Source of the DNA: an uncultured bacterium
Lineage (GTDB): Bacteria > Patescibacteriota > Microgenomatia > Levybacterales > UBA12049
Assembly (NCBI GenBank): GCA_963826535.1
Contig: CAWGXL010000011.1
Span: 803,521 to 867,520, forward strand
Length of the DNA: 64,000 nucleotides
Direction of reading: 5' to 3'
The notes beneath the pieces are model-generated. The model ran no database searches. It was not told the DNA's origin and worked only from the letters and a program-made list of their open reading frames with translations. Shown in pieces: positions 55,817 to 64,000 of this stretch. The position numbers and the translations under genes are program-made. How positions within the stretch are numbered: position 1 is the first letter of the stretch; every line of letters begins with the position of its first letter.

Positions 55817-55891
55817 ATTAACTAAGCGCAAATTTAATTTGCCGGAATTTACCTCAACAAACACTGATTTCTGCTACAATTAGGGTAGAAA

Positions 55892-57217
55892 ATGATAGCG
55901 ATATTCAAAAAGTATTTATATTTTCCGGTTGCTTGGTATTTCCGGTTCTTTGCTGGTATTAGGTTGCGCCGTTGGTCTCCGCGGATTGTGGTTGTAACGG
56001 GTTCCAATGGAAAGACAACGCTGCTTCATTTGCTCGAGGCGCAATTTGGAAGTAAGGCTAAGTATTCACATCATGCCAATAGCAGCTTTGGGATTCCCTT
56101 TGATATTCTTGGTCTGCGAAGGACTAAATTATTTAAGTCGGAATGGATAGGATTATTTTTTCGGGCGCCATTTAGAGCTTTTTTATCTCCTTTTCAAGAA
56201 AAAATATATATAGTTGAAGCTGATGTTGACAGACCGGGAGAAGGGAAATTTCTTGCTTCATTTTTAAAACCTGAAGTTGTATTGTGGATTAGTTTGGGGA
56301 GGACACATGGCATGAATTTTGAAAAACTCGTAAGACAGAAAAAATTTCAAACTGTTGAGGAAGCTATTGCTTTTGAATTTGGATTTTTTTTGGAATATTG
56401 TCAAAAACTTGCGTTAATTAATGGAGATTCACCATTGATAGTTAAGCAAACTAAAAGATTAAGAGTTGATGCAAAAATAATTAAAAAAAATGAACGTTTT
56501 GTAAAATATGAAGTGGATCTGGCCGGAACAAATTTTCAAATTGATGGAAGTAGATATATATTTGAGGGATTACTACCGGAAGAGATATTTTATTCGATTG
56601 TTATGTGCAAAAGCGTACTGGAGTATTTTGATCTACCGTTTGATCAATCATTTTCAAAATTAGTATTACCACCTGGAAGAAGTTCGATTTTTCAAGGAAT
56701 TCGTGGGGTTACAATTGTGGATAGTAGTTATAACGCAAATCTCTCATCAATGAATACAATTTTGCTTATGTATGATAAATTTCTCGCAACTCATAAATGG
56801 GGAGTGCTTGGAGATATGTTGGAACAAGGAGAAGGTGAGCAGAAAGAACATGAGAGATTGGCTGAATTGATTGGGCTTTATGATTTTGAGAGAATTATTT
56901 TGATGGGGCCGAGGGTGAGTAAGTATACATATCCGGTATTAATTCAAAAGTCAAAAGTCAAAAGTCAAAATCACAACTCAAAAGTAAAAAGTGATAACGA
57001 CAAGAGGGAAGATCTAGTTATAGAGAAGTTTTTGGGGCCGAGGGAGACGTTGGATTATTTATTGGCGAATTTGCGAGGAGGGGAGACGATACTTTTTAAG
57101 GGTGCGAGATTTATGGAGGGAATTATTGAGAATTTATTGTTGGATAAAAAAGATAAAGTGAAGTTGTCCCGACGGGAAGAGGTTTGGGAGAAAAGGAGGA
57201 AGGGATGGGGATTATGA
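55892..57217 (+). CDS. Mur ligase family protein (MurF-like)
   Basis: P-loop VVTGSNGKTTLLHLLEAQFG; contains in-frame heptamer-repeat insert SKVKSQNHNSKVKSD (56946-56995). Confidence 0.65.
   Translation: MIAIFKKYLYFPVAWYFRFFAGIRLRRWSPRIVVVTGSNGKTTLLHLLEAQFGSKAKYSHHANSSFGIPFDILGLRRTKLFKSEWIGLFFRAPFRAFLSPFQEKIYIVEADVDRPGEGKFLASFLKPEVVLWISLGRTHGMNFEKLVRQKKFQTVEEAIAFEFGFFLEYCQKLALINGDSPLIVKQTKRLRVDAKIIKKNERFVKYEVDLAGTNFQIDGSRYIFEGLLPEEIFYSIVMCKSVLEYFDLPFDQSFSKLVLPPGRSSIFQGIRGVTIVDSSYNANLSSMNTILLMYDKFLATHKWGVLGDMLEQGEGEQKEHERLAELIGLYDFERIILMGPRVSKYTYPVLIQKSKVKSQNHNSKVKSDNDKREDLVIEKFLGPRETLDYLLANLRGGETILFKGARFMEGIIENLLLDKKDKVKLSRREEVWEKRRKGWGL
56946..56995. repeat. Heptamer tandem repeat (AAAAGTC x3 + degenerate units) inside Mur ligase gene
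   Basis: aaaagtcaaaagtcaaaagtcaaaatcacaactcaaaagtaaaaagtg. Confidence 0.6.
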
Positions 57218-57954
57218 TTAGTTCAAAGTTCAAAGTTCAAAGTTCAAAGTTAAAAAATGAAAAAATTTATATTTTGCATGGGTGGGCGTATACTACTGAT
57301 AAGTGGCAGCCGTTGATTGAAAAACTTAGGAAAGAGGGAATTGAGGCTGTAATGCTTAAGATACCCGGGCTTACTGCACCACTCAATGAGGTTTGGAATC
57401 TCGATAATTATGTTGGCTGGTTGAAGGAAATATTGGATAAAGAAAACGATAGGGTGATTTTACTTGGGCACTCAAATGGCGGACGTATAGCTCTTACTTT
57501 TACTGCTAAATATCCTGAAAAAGTAAAACAATTAATTCTTATCGACAGCGCCGGAATTTATCATAACGAACTACCTATACAGATAAAGCGGTTTGTATTT
57601 GGGAATATCGCTAGGGTAGGACGCAAATTTACTAATTCTCAAACTTTGCGAAAATTACTCTATAAATTGACAAGAGAAAGTGATTATGAGAGAGCTAATC
57701 CATTGCTTCGAAAGACTATGCAGAATTTAGTTCGTACAGATATATCGGATTTATTTCCGCATATTCACTTACCTGTAACGATTATTTGGGGTGAGCTGGA
57801 TGAAATGACATCACTCTCTGATGGGAAAATTATGCATCAGAGCTTAAAGAATTCGACATTTCATGTTATTCGTGGGGCAAGACATTCACCCATGTTTACC
57901 CATGTAGAAGAGGTGGGGGAGATAATAATAAAAGTATTAAGTATTAAGTATTAA
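57184..57954 (+). CDS. Alpha/beta hydrolase fold protein
   Basis: YILHGW...LLGHSNGG (nucleophile elbow GHSxG)...GARHSP; N-terminus has heptamer repeat SSKFKVQSSKLK; C-terminal 7 aa and stop are encoded by the GTATTAA repeat. Confidence 0.65.
   Translation: MGEKEEGMGIMISSKFKVQSSKLKNEKIYILHGWAYTTDKWQPLIEKLRKEGIEAVMLKIPGLTAPLNEVWNLDNYVGWLKEILDKENDRVILLGHSNGGRIALTFTAKYPEKVKQLILIDSAGIYHNELPIQIKRFVFGNIARVGRKFTNSQTLRKLLYKLTRESDYERANPLLRKTMQNLVRTDISDLFPHIHLPVTIIWGELDEMTSLSDGKIMHQSLKNSTFHVIRGARHSPMFTHVEEVGEIIIKVLSIKY
57220..57251. repeat. Heptamer tandem repeat (AGTTCAA x4) at 5' end of hydrolase gene
   Basis: agttcaaagttcaaagttcaaagttcaaagtt. Confidence 0.65.
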
Positions 57955-57974
57955 GTATTAAGTATTAAGTATTA
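57934..57974. repeat. Heptamer tandem repeat (GTATTAA x5.9) spanning stop codon of hydrolase gene and abutting DegT start
   Basis: gtattaagtattaagtattaagtattaagtattaagtatta followed directly by ATG of next gene. Confidence 0.8.
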
Positions 57975-59224
57975 TGGCGATTTTTAATTCATTGGGATCA
58001 AATTATAGTTTTGGCCTTGCCTGCCGGCAGGCGGGTTTTGCAATACTGAGTTTATTCGCGAATGACAGTAAGAAGTGTGGTTTAAAACTCAGTAAATTTT
58101 TGGAGGAAAAATATGGCGGGCAGGTTTTATTGACATATAAAGGGCGAGAAGCCCTTCGACTGGCTTTTAGGGCAATTAATCAGAAGGGTGCCGAGGTTGG
58201 TATTTGTGGATTTACTTGTTATGCGGTATACGAAGCGGTTACTTTGGAGGGTTACAAGGTACGGTATTTGGATATAGCAGAGGGAGATTTGAATTTTTCT
58301 TTTGCTAATCTCGTGCAAGGCATTAAAAAATATCCATTAATAAAAGTGATTATAATTCAGAATACTCTTGGTTATCCTTGCGAGATAGAGAAGATTGCGA
58401 AATATTGTAAAGAAAAAGGGATTATTTTAATTGAGGATTTGGCGCATTCGATTGGAGCAAAATATGAAGATGGAAGGGAAGTAGGAACTGTTGGTGATTT
58501 TACGGTGTTGTCTTTTAGTCAGGACAAGATGGTTGATGGAATTTCAGGGGGAGCGGTAATAGTTAAAAGTTCAAAGTTCAAAATTCCCCACAAGAGGACT
58601 ACCTTCTTCGAAGGGTCGCAAAGTTTGGAACTTGGAGAATTACCTATGAGTCAACAGACAAGGGATAGATTTTATCCGTTATTTACTTGGATTATTAGAA
58701 AGACTTATGAATTTGGATTGGGGAAATTGTTGCATGCTTTTCTAAAAAAATTTAATTTGCTTTCCCAGCCGATGAGCAATTTGGATAAAGACATAATTTA
58801 TGGATTGCCGGATTGGTATTGCTGTTTAATTTATAGGCAATTTAGAAGCATGGAAGGTGATTTGAATCATCGAAGAAAGATAGCATCAGTGTACGCGGAT
58901 AGACTCAAAAAGGATGTTTTGTCTAGTATACTAGTCAGAAAAATACCTAAGGCGGCGAATTTGCGTTTTCCGATTTTTGTTGCGAATAGGAGTAATCTTG
59001 TTGAATTTTTGAAGAAGAAATATATTTTCGTATCAGATATTTGGTATGATGCACCGATTGCGCCGAAAAAATATTTACATATGACAGATTATAAAAATCA
59101 GTGTCCAAATGCGGAAAAAATTTCTAAAGAGATATTAAATCTGCCGACACATAGGAATGTGAGCGAGATGGACGCGAAATTTATTGCTGAAAAAGTGAAT
59201 GAATGGGTGGAAGGAAAAACTTGA
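57974..59224 (+). CDS. DegT/DnrJ/EryC1/StrS-family PLP-dependent aminotransferase (divergent)
   Basis: IILIEDLAHSIGAKYEDGREVGTVGDFTVLSFSQDKMV (PLP-Lys region); contains GC palindrome gcctgccggcaggc (58019-58032) and AAAGTTC repeat (about 58560-58582) in-frame. Confidence 0.6.
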   Translation: MAIFNSLGSNYSFGLACRQAGFAILSLFANDSKKCGLKLSKFLEEKYGGQVLLTYKGREALRLAFRAINQKGAEVGICGFTCYAVYEAVTLEGYKVRYLDIAEGDLNFSFANLVQGIKKYPLIKVIIIQNTLGYPCEIEKIAKYCKEKGIILIEDLAHSIGAKYEDGREVGTVGDFTVLSFSQDKMVDGISGGAVIVKSSKFKIPHKRTTFFEGSQSLELGELPMSQQTRDRFYPLFTWIIRKTYEFGLGKLLHAFLKKFNLLSQPMSNLDKDIIYGLPDWYCCLIYRQFRSMEGDLNHRRKIASVYADRLKKDVLSSILVRKIPKAANLRFPIFVANRSNLVEFLKKKYIFVSDIWYDAPIAPKKYLHMTDYKNQCPNAEKISKEILNLPTHRNVSEMDAKFIAEKVNEWVEGKT

Positions 59225-60251
59225 AATGTCGAGTATAACTATAAAACCAGTAGAAAATGAGAAGGAGTGGGAAAATTTTCTTGATAAACATGATGAGGCT
59301 AATTTTCTTCAGTCATGGTATTGGGGCGAATTTCATAGGAAGTTGGGAAAAGATGTTGTCAGACGCGGATTTTATCGTGATAAGCAACTAGTTGGCGCGA
59401 TGCTTTCAATAGTTGAAAATGCTAAGAGGGGGAGATATTTGACTGTGCCGGGTGGGCCGATTATTGATTGGGAGGATGAGTTATTGGTTGATGCTGCATT
59501 TGTTGAAATGAAGCGGGAGGCACTCGAGATGGATTGTGTTTTTGTCCGTATACGGCCGCAGCTTGTCACAGATGATTCAGTAAAAAAGAAATTTAGGCAG
59601 TATGGATGCAAAGATTCGCCTATGCATTTACACGCAGAGCTTTCGAATATATTGGATATTACTAAATCAGAAGAGGAGTTGTCGGCACAGATGAGAAAGA
59701 CTACAAGATATGAAATAAGAAAGGCTCAAAATTTATCAATAATGATTGAGAAAAGTAAAGATGAAAAATCCATAAAAGCATTTTATGATCTACAGATTGA
59801 AACCGCCAAGCGGCAGAAGTTTGTGCCTTTTTCATTTTCTTTTTTTCGGGAGCAATTTAAGGTATTCTTTGAATCGGATCGCGGGCTTTTATACACTGCT
59901 TTATATGATGGGAAAGTATTGGCACAGGCATTTATTATTTTTTACGGTGCTGAGGCGGTTTATCATTATGGGGCGAGTACTGATGAGGGGAGGAAGTATC
60001 CGGGAGCTTATCTTCTCCAATGGGAAGCGATTAAAGAGGCGAAGCGGCGAGGGATGAGGCGATATAATTTTTGGGGAGTAGCTCCCCTTGAGGCAAAGGA
60101 TCACAGGTTTTATGGAGTGTCGGTGTTTAAGAGAGGGTTTGGAGGACAGGATGTTTCGTATTTGCACGCGCAGGATTTAGTAATTGATAAGTTTCGGTAT
60201 TTGATTAATTATTTGGTTGAGATGGTTAGGAAGAGAATAAGGAAGGTGTAA
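59199..60251 (+). CDS. FemAB-family peptidoglycan bridge aminoacyltransferase (FemX-like)
   Basis: 350 aa; WEEFL..H....FLQSWEW N-terminal pattern; tandem GNAT-like halves; TRYEIRKAQ motif. Confidence 0.65.
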   Translation: MNGWKEKLEMSSITIKPVENEKEWENFLDKHDEANFLQSWYWGEFHRKLGKDVVRRGFYRDKQLVGAMLSIVENAKRGRYLTVPGGPIIDWEDELLVDAAFVEMKREALEMDCVFVRIRPQLVTDDSVKKKFRQYGCKDSPMHLHAELSNILDITKSEEELSAQMRKTTRYEIRKAQNLSIMIEKSKDEKSIKAFYDLQIETAKRQKFVPFSFSFFREQFKVFFESDRGLLYTALYDGKVLAQAFIIFYGAEAVYHYGASTDEGRKYPGAYLLQWEAIKEAKRRGMRRYNFWGVAPLEAKDHRFYGVSVFKRGFGGQDVSYLHAQDLVIDKFRYLINYLVEMVRKRIRKV

Positions 60252-60266
60252 GTAGGCGTAAAATAT

Positions 60267-60737
60267 TTAATATAAATCGTCTTTTTCTTGAGCAGGTTGT
60301 TCTTTTTTGTTCATACATGTCATTGAAGCAAATCCTACTAAAAGTCCTCCTACAGCAAGGGCCGAATCTAATAGAAATCTAGGCATATTTTCTGATCTCG
60401 CTTTCGAAGATTCTCTGTCGTATGCTATAGTATCTCTTACTCTTTTTAGAATTCCACTTTTTTTAGTTTGTGATAAAACAGTTTCTTCGTGTGCCCCACC
60501 TGCGCATATTTCTAGTCCTTTTCCTAATTCTTTTGCAGAAAGTGGATCATATTCATTACGTAGTTCTATATCTCTATTGATAAGATTATTCGTAGTAATA
60601 ATGCTGTCAACTGTACCTCCTAGCGCAAGCGCTGCTCCTGCACCAAGAGTAATTTCTAAAAAATCCCTTCGGGATTGAGATTTCAATCCATTTGATTCGT
60701 TTGGATTGGGTTGTCTACCGCCTTCTGGATTTGACAT
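60267..60737 (-). CDS. Hypothetical Tat-signal protein with C-terminal TM helix
   Basis: SRRDFLEITLGAGAALALG twin-arginine motif; C-terminal ALAVGGLLVGFASMTC. Confidence 0.4.
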   Translation of the reverse strand: MSNPEGGRQPNPNESNGLKSQSRRDFLEITLGAGAALALGGTVDSIITTNNLINRDIELRNEYDPLSAKELGKGLEICAGGAHEETVLSQTKKSGILKRVRDTIAYDRESSKARSENMPRFLLDSALAVGGLLVGFASMTCMNKKEQPAQEKDDLY

Positions 60738-60839
60738 GATGAGATTTTAGACAATGGTTGTGTGTTTGTCAATGATTTATAGTTACTATTTTATTTAAGC
60801 GATTTTTGAAAAAATGATATGTAGTATAATGTTTTCTAT

Positions 60840-61433
60840 ATGAAATTGATTGTGCTTGCTTCTACATCTTCGAGAAGGAAAACTTTGTTGAAACAATTGG
60901 GTTTGGAATTTATTGTTATATCGAGTAAGGTTTCGGAAAAATTAAATCCGCGGTTGAAACCGAAAGGTCAGGCAGAGGCGTTGTCGCTGCAGAAGGCCAT
61001 GGCGGTCGCAGATATTTATAGACACACAAAAAATGGTGGGTCGCCGCTTATTATTGGGGCAGATACAATAGTTTCGATTGACGATGAAATATTGGGAAAA
61101 CCAAAATCCGCGCGAGAAGCAAAACGGATGCTTAAGAAACTAAGCGGAAAGATACATTGTGTTATTACGGGTTTTACAATTATTGATATGGGTTCTAGAA
61201 AAATAGTAACAAAGTCAATTGAAACTGTTGTGCATTTTAAAAAATTAAACGTGTTGGAAATTAGTGAATATATAAAAAAGGAGAAATTTTTGGATATAGC
61301 AGGTTCTTACGCGATACAGGGATTAGGTGCGGTTTTTGTTGAGAAAATAGATGGTGATTATTTTAATGTGGTTGGATTGCCACTGCATGCATTGACAGTG
61401 GAACTGCGGAAGTTTGGGGTGGAGGTTTTATAG
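60840..61433 (+). CDS. maf: Maf family nucleoside triphosphate pyrophosphatase
   Basis: LIVLASTSSRRKTLLKQLGLEF...GADTIV...E. Confidence 0.8.
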   Translation: MKLIVLASTSSRRKTLLKQLGLEFIVISSKVSEKLNPRLKPKGQAEALSLQKAMAVADIYRHTKNGGSPLIIGADTIVSIDDEILGKPKSAREAKRMLKKLSGKIHCVITGFTIIDMGSRKIVTKSIETVVHFKKLNVLEISEYIKKEKFLDIAGSYAIQGLGAVFVEKIDGDYFNVVGLPLHALTVELRKFGVEVL

Positions 61434-61464
61434 ACGTAAGACTTAAGACTATGATGTAAGATTT

Positions 61465-62235
61465 ATGATTGGTAAAAAGAAAGAATATAAGGCGTTGATG
61501 TTGGATTTGGATGGGACAACTATTCCTAATAAACGAGATGGGAGACCTTCTAAGAAAGTTATTGAGGCGGTTACGAAGGCACAAAGGAAACTTCATGTAG
61601 GGGTGGTAACTGGTAGGCCATTTCCTTATGCAAAGCAGATTGTTCGTGAATTGGGACTAACTGGGCCTTCAATAATGGCAAGCGGAGCAGAGATTATTGA
61701 TGTTGAAACGGGTAAGCTATTATGGTCGAGAAAGATTTCTGCGCAGGCAACTAAAGCAGTTCTAGATTTATTTGAGAAGAGGGCCTTGAAACTGTCTATC
61801 TATGATAGTGATCGCTATAAGAATCAAGAAGAGTTTGATCCGAGAAACCCTCCCAACGTTCCTTTTGTAATCTCTGTTCAAGATTTACCTTTATCATTGA
61901 GTGACAATATTTTTGCAGATCTAAATCATCTTACTGATATTGCAGTGCAAAAAATAGTTGGATGGAAGCCTGATACGGTTTGGTTATCAATTACTCATAT
62001 AGAGGCAACTAAGCAACTTGGTATTTTTGAGATTGCAAAAATATTGGAAATTGAGACGCATGAAATTATTGGAGTAGGTGAGGGATATAATGATTTTCCA
62101 TTACTGATGGCATGCGGATTGCGGGTCGCGATGGGGAATGCGGTTGAGGAGTTGAAAGAGATAGCGGATTATATAGCACCGTCTGTAATGGACGACGGAG
62201 TGGTTGATGTTATAAATAAATTTGTTTTGAGGTAG
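61465..62235 (+). CDS. HAD-IIB (Cof-type) hydrolase
   Basis: Motif I LMLDLDGTT; Cof-like cap; C-terminal GDGYNDFPLL (motif III-IV). Confidence 0.75.
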   Translation: MIGKKKEYKALMLDLDGTTIPNKRDGRPSKKVIEAVTKAQRKLHVGVVTGRPFPYAKQIVRELGLTGPSIMASGAEIIDVETGKLLWSRKISAQATKAVLDLFEKRALKLSIYDSDRYKNQEEFDPRNPPNVPFVISVQDLPLSLSDNIFADLNHLTDIAVQKIVGWKPDTVWLSITHIEATKQLGIFEIAKILEIETHEIIGVGEGYNDFPLLMACGLRVAMGNAVEELKEIADYIAPSVMDDGVVDVINKFVLR

Positions 62236-62258
62236 ACTATTGTAAATCAAATAAAGGT

Positions 62259-63842
62259 GTGGTAGAAGTGGAAGATATGAAGAAATCTATAATGATTACG
62301 GATTTGGATTTGATAAAGCAAGACGCGGCAAATATTGTAATGGACGCAATACGCGCTAATCTCGTTTCTTATGTTGATGTCAGAATAGAAGCATCGGAAG
62401 GGGCCGGTTCTTATGTTGAGGATGATAATCCACGGCAAACAAGTAAGGATTGGGGTTTGTCATTGGGCGTTCGGGTAATTGGCGGAGATAAGTTTCACTC
62501 GTCAGGATTTTATGGAAGAGGTTTAGGTGTTGTTGATTTTCAAAATTTTACTACTGTGCTGCTTGAGGCATTAGAGATTGCTAGAGATCGTGCGATTTTA
62601 AATGCGAAATATAAGAGTGTTTTTAAGGATTCATACAAACTTTTTGGGAAAACGGTTCAGGCAGTAAAGCTTGCTCCAATCGAAGTGAATCATACAGTCG
62701 TGGCTCCGGAATTTGAAATTGATCCGCGTAAGGTAACTCCAAAACAAATTACTGACTATGCTATGCAGGCGGCACAAGCAGCGAAAAACCATCATTCATT
62801 TGTGAAGAGGGTTGAAGTCGCGATAAATACCTCGATAAGCCGGCAAATGTTTATTTCTTCTGAGGGGGCAATGATTGATCAAGGCACATGTAGTAGTGGA
62901 GGGACAGTTTTTATTGTAAGCGCAAACGATTCGGGTGATAAGCCGGTTGATCTTTATCATCACACAGGTAATCAATTGGGATTTGAGGCATTAACAAAGG
63001 GGAAGAATGCACATGGACTGACATTTGAAAAATTTGCAAGACATATAGCAGATGAGACAGTACAGCTTTGTAATGCTAAACCCGCACCTGCGATAGATAA
63101 GCCTGCGACAGTTGTACTTGATCCTGATCTTGTAGCACTTTTTGCACATGAGATTATCGGGCATCCATCGGAATTGGATAGGGTACTTAAATGGGAAACA
63201 GGGTATGCAGGAAGGTCCTGGTTTTTTAAAGATTTAGAGAATAATATGATTGGTCAACAGGTCGGTTCTCCAATTCTCACTGCATTTTCCGATCCGACTC
63301 TAAAGGGTGGCTACGGACATTATCTTTATGATGATGAGGGAACTAAGGCAAAACGTGTGTATCATATAAATAATGGGGTATATCAGGATTTTATGAATAG
63401 CCGGCAGACAGCGGCAGTTTTGGATGTTGAGCCGAACGGGCATTATAAAGCGAATGATGCATCAGTAGTACCACTTATCCGTATGTCAGTATCGGCAATT
63501 GCAGCCGGTAAATCTGATCCAAAGAAAATTATCTCGGAAGTAGAACATGGATATTATGCAGTCGGTCATAGAATCCCATCTATTTCCGAGTCACGGGAGA
63601 ATTTCCAAATTGCGCCGCGTCTGATTTACGAGATCAAAAATGGACAAATTGGGCAGGTATACCGGAATGGTCGCATAACCTCCGATTCAAAAAACTTTTT
63701 TATGTCAATTGACGCGCTTGGAAATGACTTTAATATTTTTCCTATACCTAACTGCGGTAAAGGTCAGCCTATGCAAGCGAAGCAGGTCGGAAATGGGGGT
63801 CCGACAGCGAGGGGAAAAGCTAAAATCGCCAGAGGGGATTAG
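62259..63842 (+). CDS. tldD: TldD/PmbA family metallopeptidase
   Basis: 527 aa; HEIIGHPSELD HExxxH zinc site in the position conserved in TldD; next gene is its paralogue partner. Confidence 0.7.
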   Translation: MVEVEDMKKSIMITDLDLIKQDAANIVMDAIRANLVSYVDVRIEASEGAGSYVEDDNPRQTSKDWGLSLGVRVIGGDKFHSSGFYGRGLGVVDFQNFTTVLLEALEIARDRAILNAKYKSVFKDSYKLFGKTVQAVKLAPIEVNHTVVAPEFEIDPRKVTPKQITDYAMQAAQAAKNHHSFVKRVEVAINTSISRQMFISSEGAMIDQGTCSSGGTVFIVSANDSGDKPVDLYHHTGNQLGFEALTKGKNAHGLTFEKFARHIADETVQLCNAKPAPAIDKPATVVLDPDLVALFAHEIIGHPSELDRVLKWETGYAGRSWFFKDLENNMIGQQVGSPILTAFSDPTLKGGYGHYLYDDEGTKAKRVYHINNGVYQDFMNSRQTAAVLDVEPNGHYKANDASVVPLIRMSVSAIAAGKSDPKKIISEVEHGYYAVGHRIPSISESRENFQIAPRLIYEIKNGQIGQVYRNGRITSDSKNFFMSIDALGNDFNIFPIPNCGKGQPMQAKQVGNGGPTARGKAKIARGD

Positions 63843-63898
63843 TAGTTAGCTGTCAGCTTTCAGCTATCAGCAATTAGATTTTATTTTAAACGAAGTTT

Positions 63899-64000
63899 AT
63901 GGTTGATTTGAAAAATTTACAAAAAGTTACAAAAGAGGGATTGGATATTCTAAAGAAAGAAAAGGGATTGATAGAAGGTGTGGTTTATGCTTCGGCGAAT
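63899..64000 (+). CDS. TldD/PmbA family paralogue (PmbA/TldE-like), N-terminal fragment running off the window
   Basis: MVDLKNLQKVTKEGLDILKKEKGLIEGVVYASAN resembles PmbA/TldD N-termini; partner arrangement. Confidence 0.4.
   Translation, partial: MVDLKNLQKVTKEGLDILKKEKGLIEGVVYASAN

Noticed and set aside
57934-57974. Short tandem repeats and recurring palindromes considered as a possible CRISPR array
   Set aside because: Units are 7 nt with no spacers, and the 28-bp palindromes are irregularly spaced kilobases apart. No cas genes. Not CRISPR.

Overview
This is a low-GC (about 35-38%) bacterial chromosomal window with a small-genome, CPR/Patescibacteria-like feel: short RF1, many DUF and toxin-antitoxin genes, and TATAAT boxes only 7-8 nt before many start codons. 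Phylum assignment is not certain. Housekeeping content: a truncated UPF0182-like membrane protein, DedA, rpsF-ssb-rpsR, S41 CtpA and HtrA proteases, DnaQ-GIY-YIG nuclease, CPA2 antiporter, prfA, rpmE, hisS, hisG, M24 aminopeptidase, 2-hydroxyacid dehydrogenase, dnaB, a Mur-ligase/alpha-beta hydrolase/DegT/FemAB cell-wall block, maf, HAD hydrolase and a TldD/PmbA pair. Accessory and signalling content: a FIST / PAS-histidine kinase / receiver triplet, an IS481-like transposase, frameshifted thrC, a Fic module, Doc/AbrB and RelE/Phd pairs, two DUF4258/DUF2283 pairs, and a secreted pectate-lyase-like beta-helix protein with a PA14 domain. The most unusual signals are repeat-based:
- Decayed copies of the ychF 5' coding end at 24250, 26247 and possibly 20951 sit upstream of intact ychF (27117) and delimit tandem cargo blocks carrying TA genes, an orphan protein and a tRNA-like 3' fragment. 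This looks like an integration hot spot at the ychF start.
- A GC-rich element occurs once intergenically (4456-4597) and once as an in-frame insertion inside ychF, resembling Rickettsia palindromic elements. Other perfect GC palindromes sit in-frame in the antiporter and DegT genes.
- A 28-bp palindromic element (ATTCCC-N8-GGGAAT core) occurs as inverted pairs, one bracketing a small GIY-YIG nuclease gene and one bracketing an empty 55-bp spacer.
- Heptamer tandem repeats (AAAGTTC, GTATTAA) lie inside or at the ends of four consecutive cell-wall genes.
- Large AT-rich palindromes centred on AAAACGTTTT flank ribosomal genes and dnaB.
- A candidate T-box leader with a UGGG bulge (tRNA-His discriminator) lies upstream of hisG-hisS.
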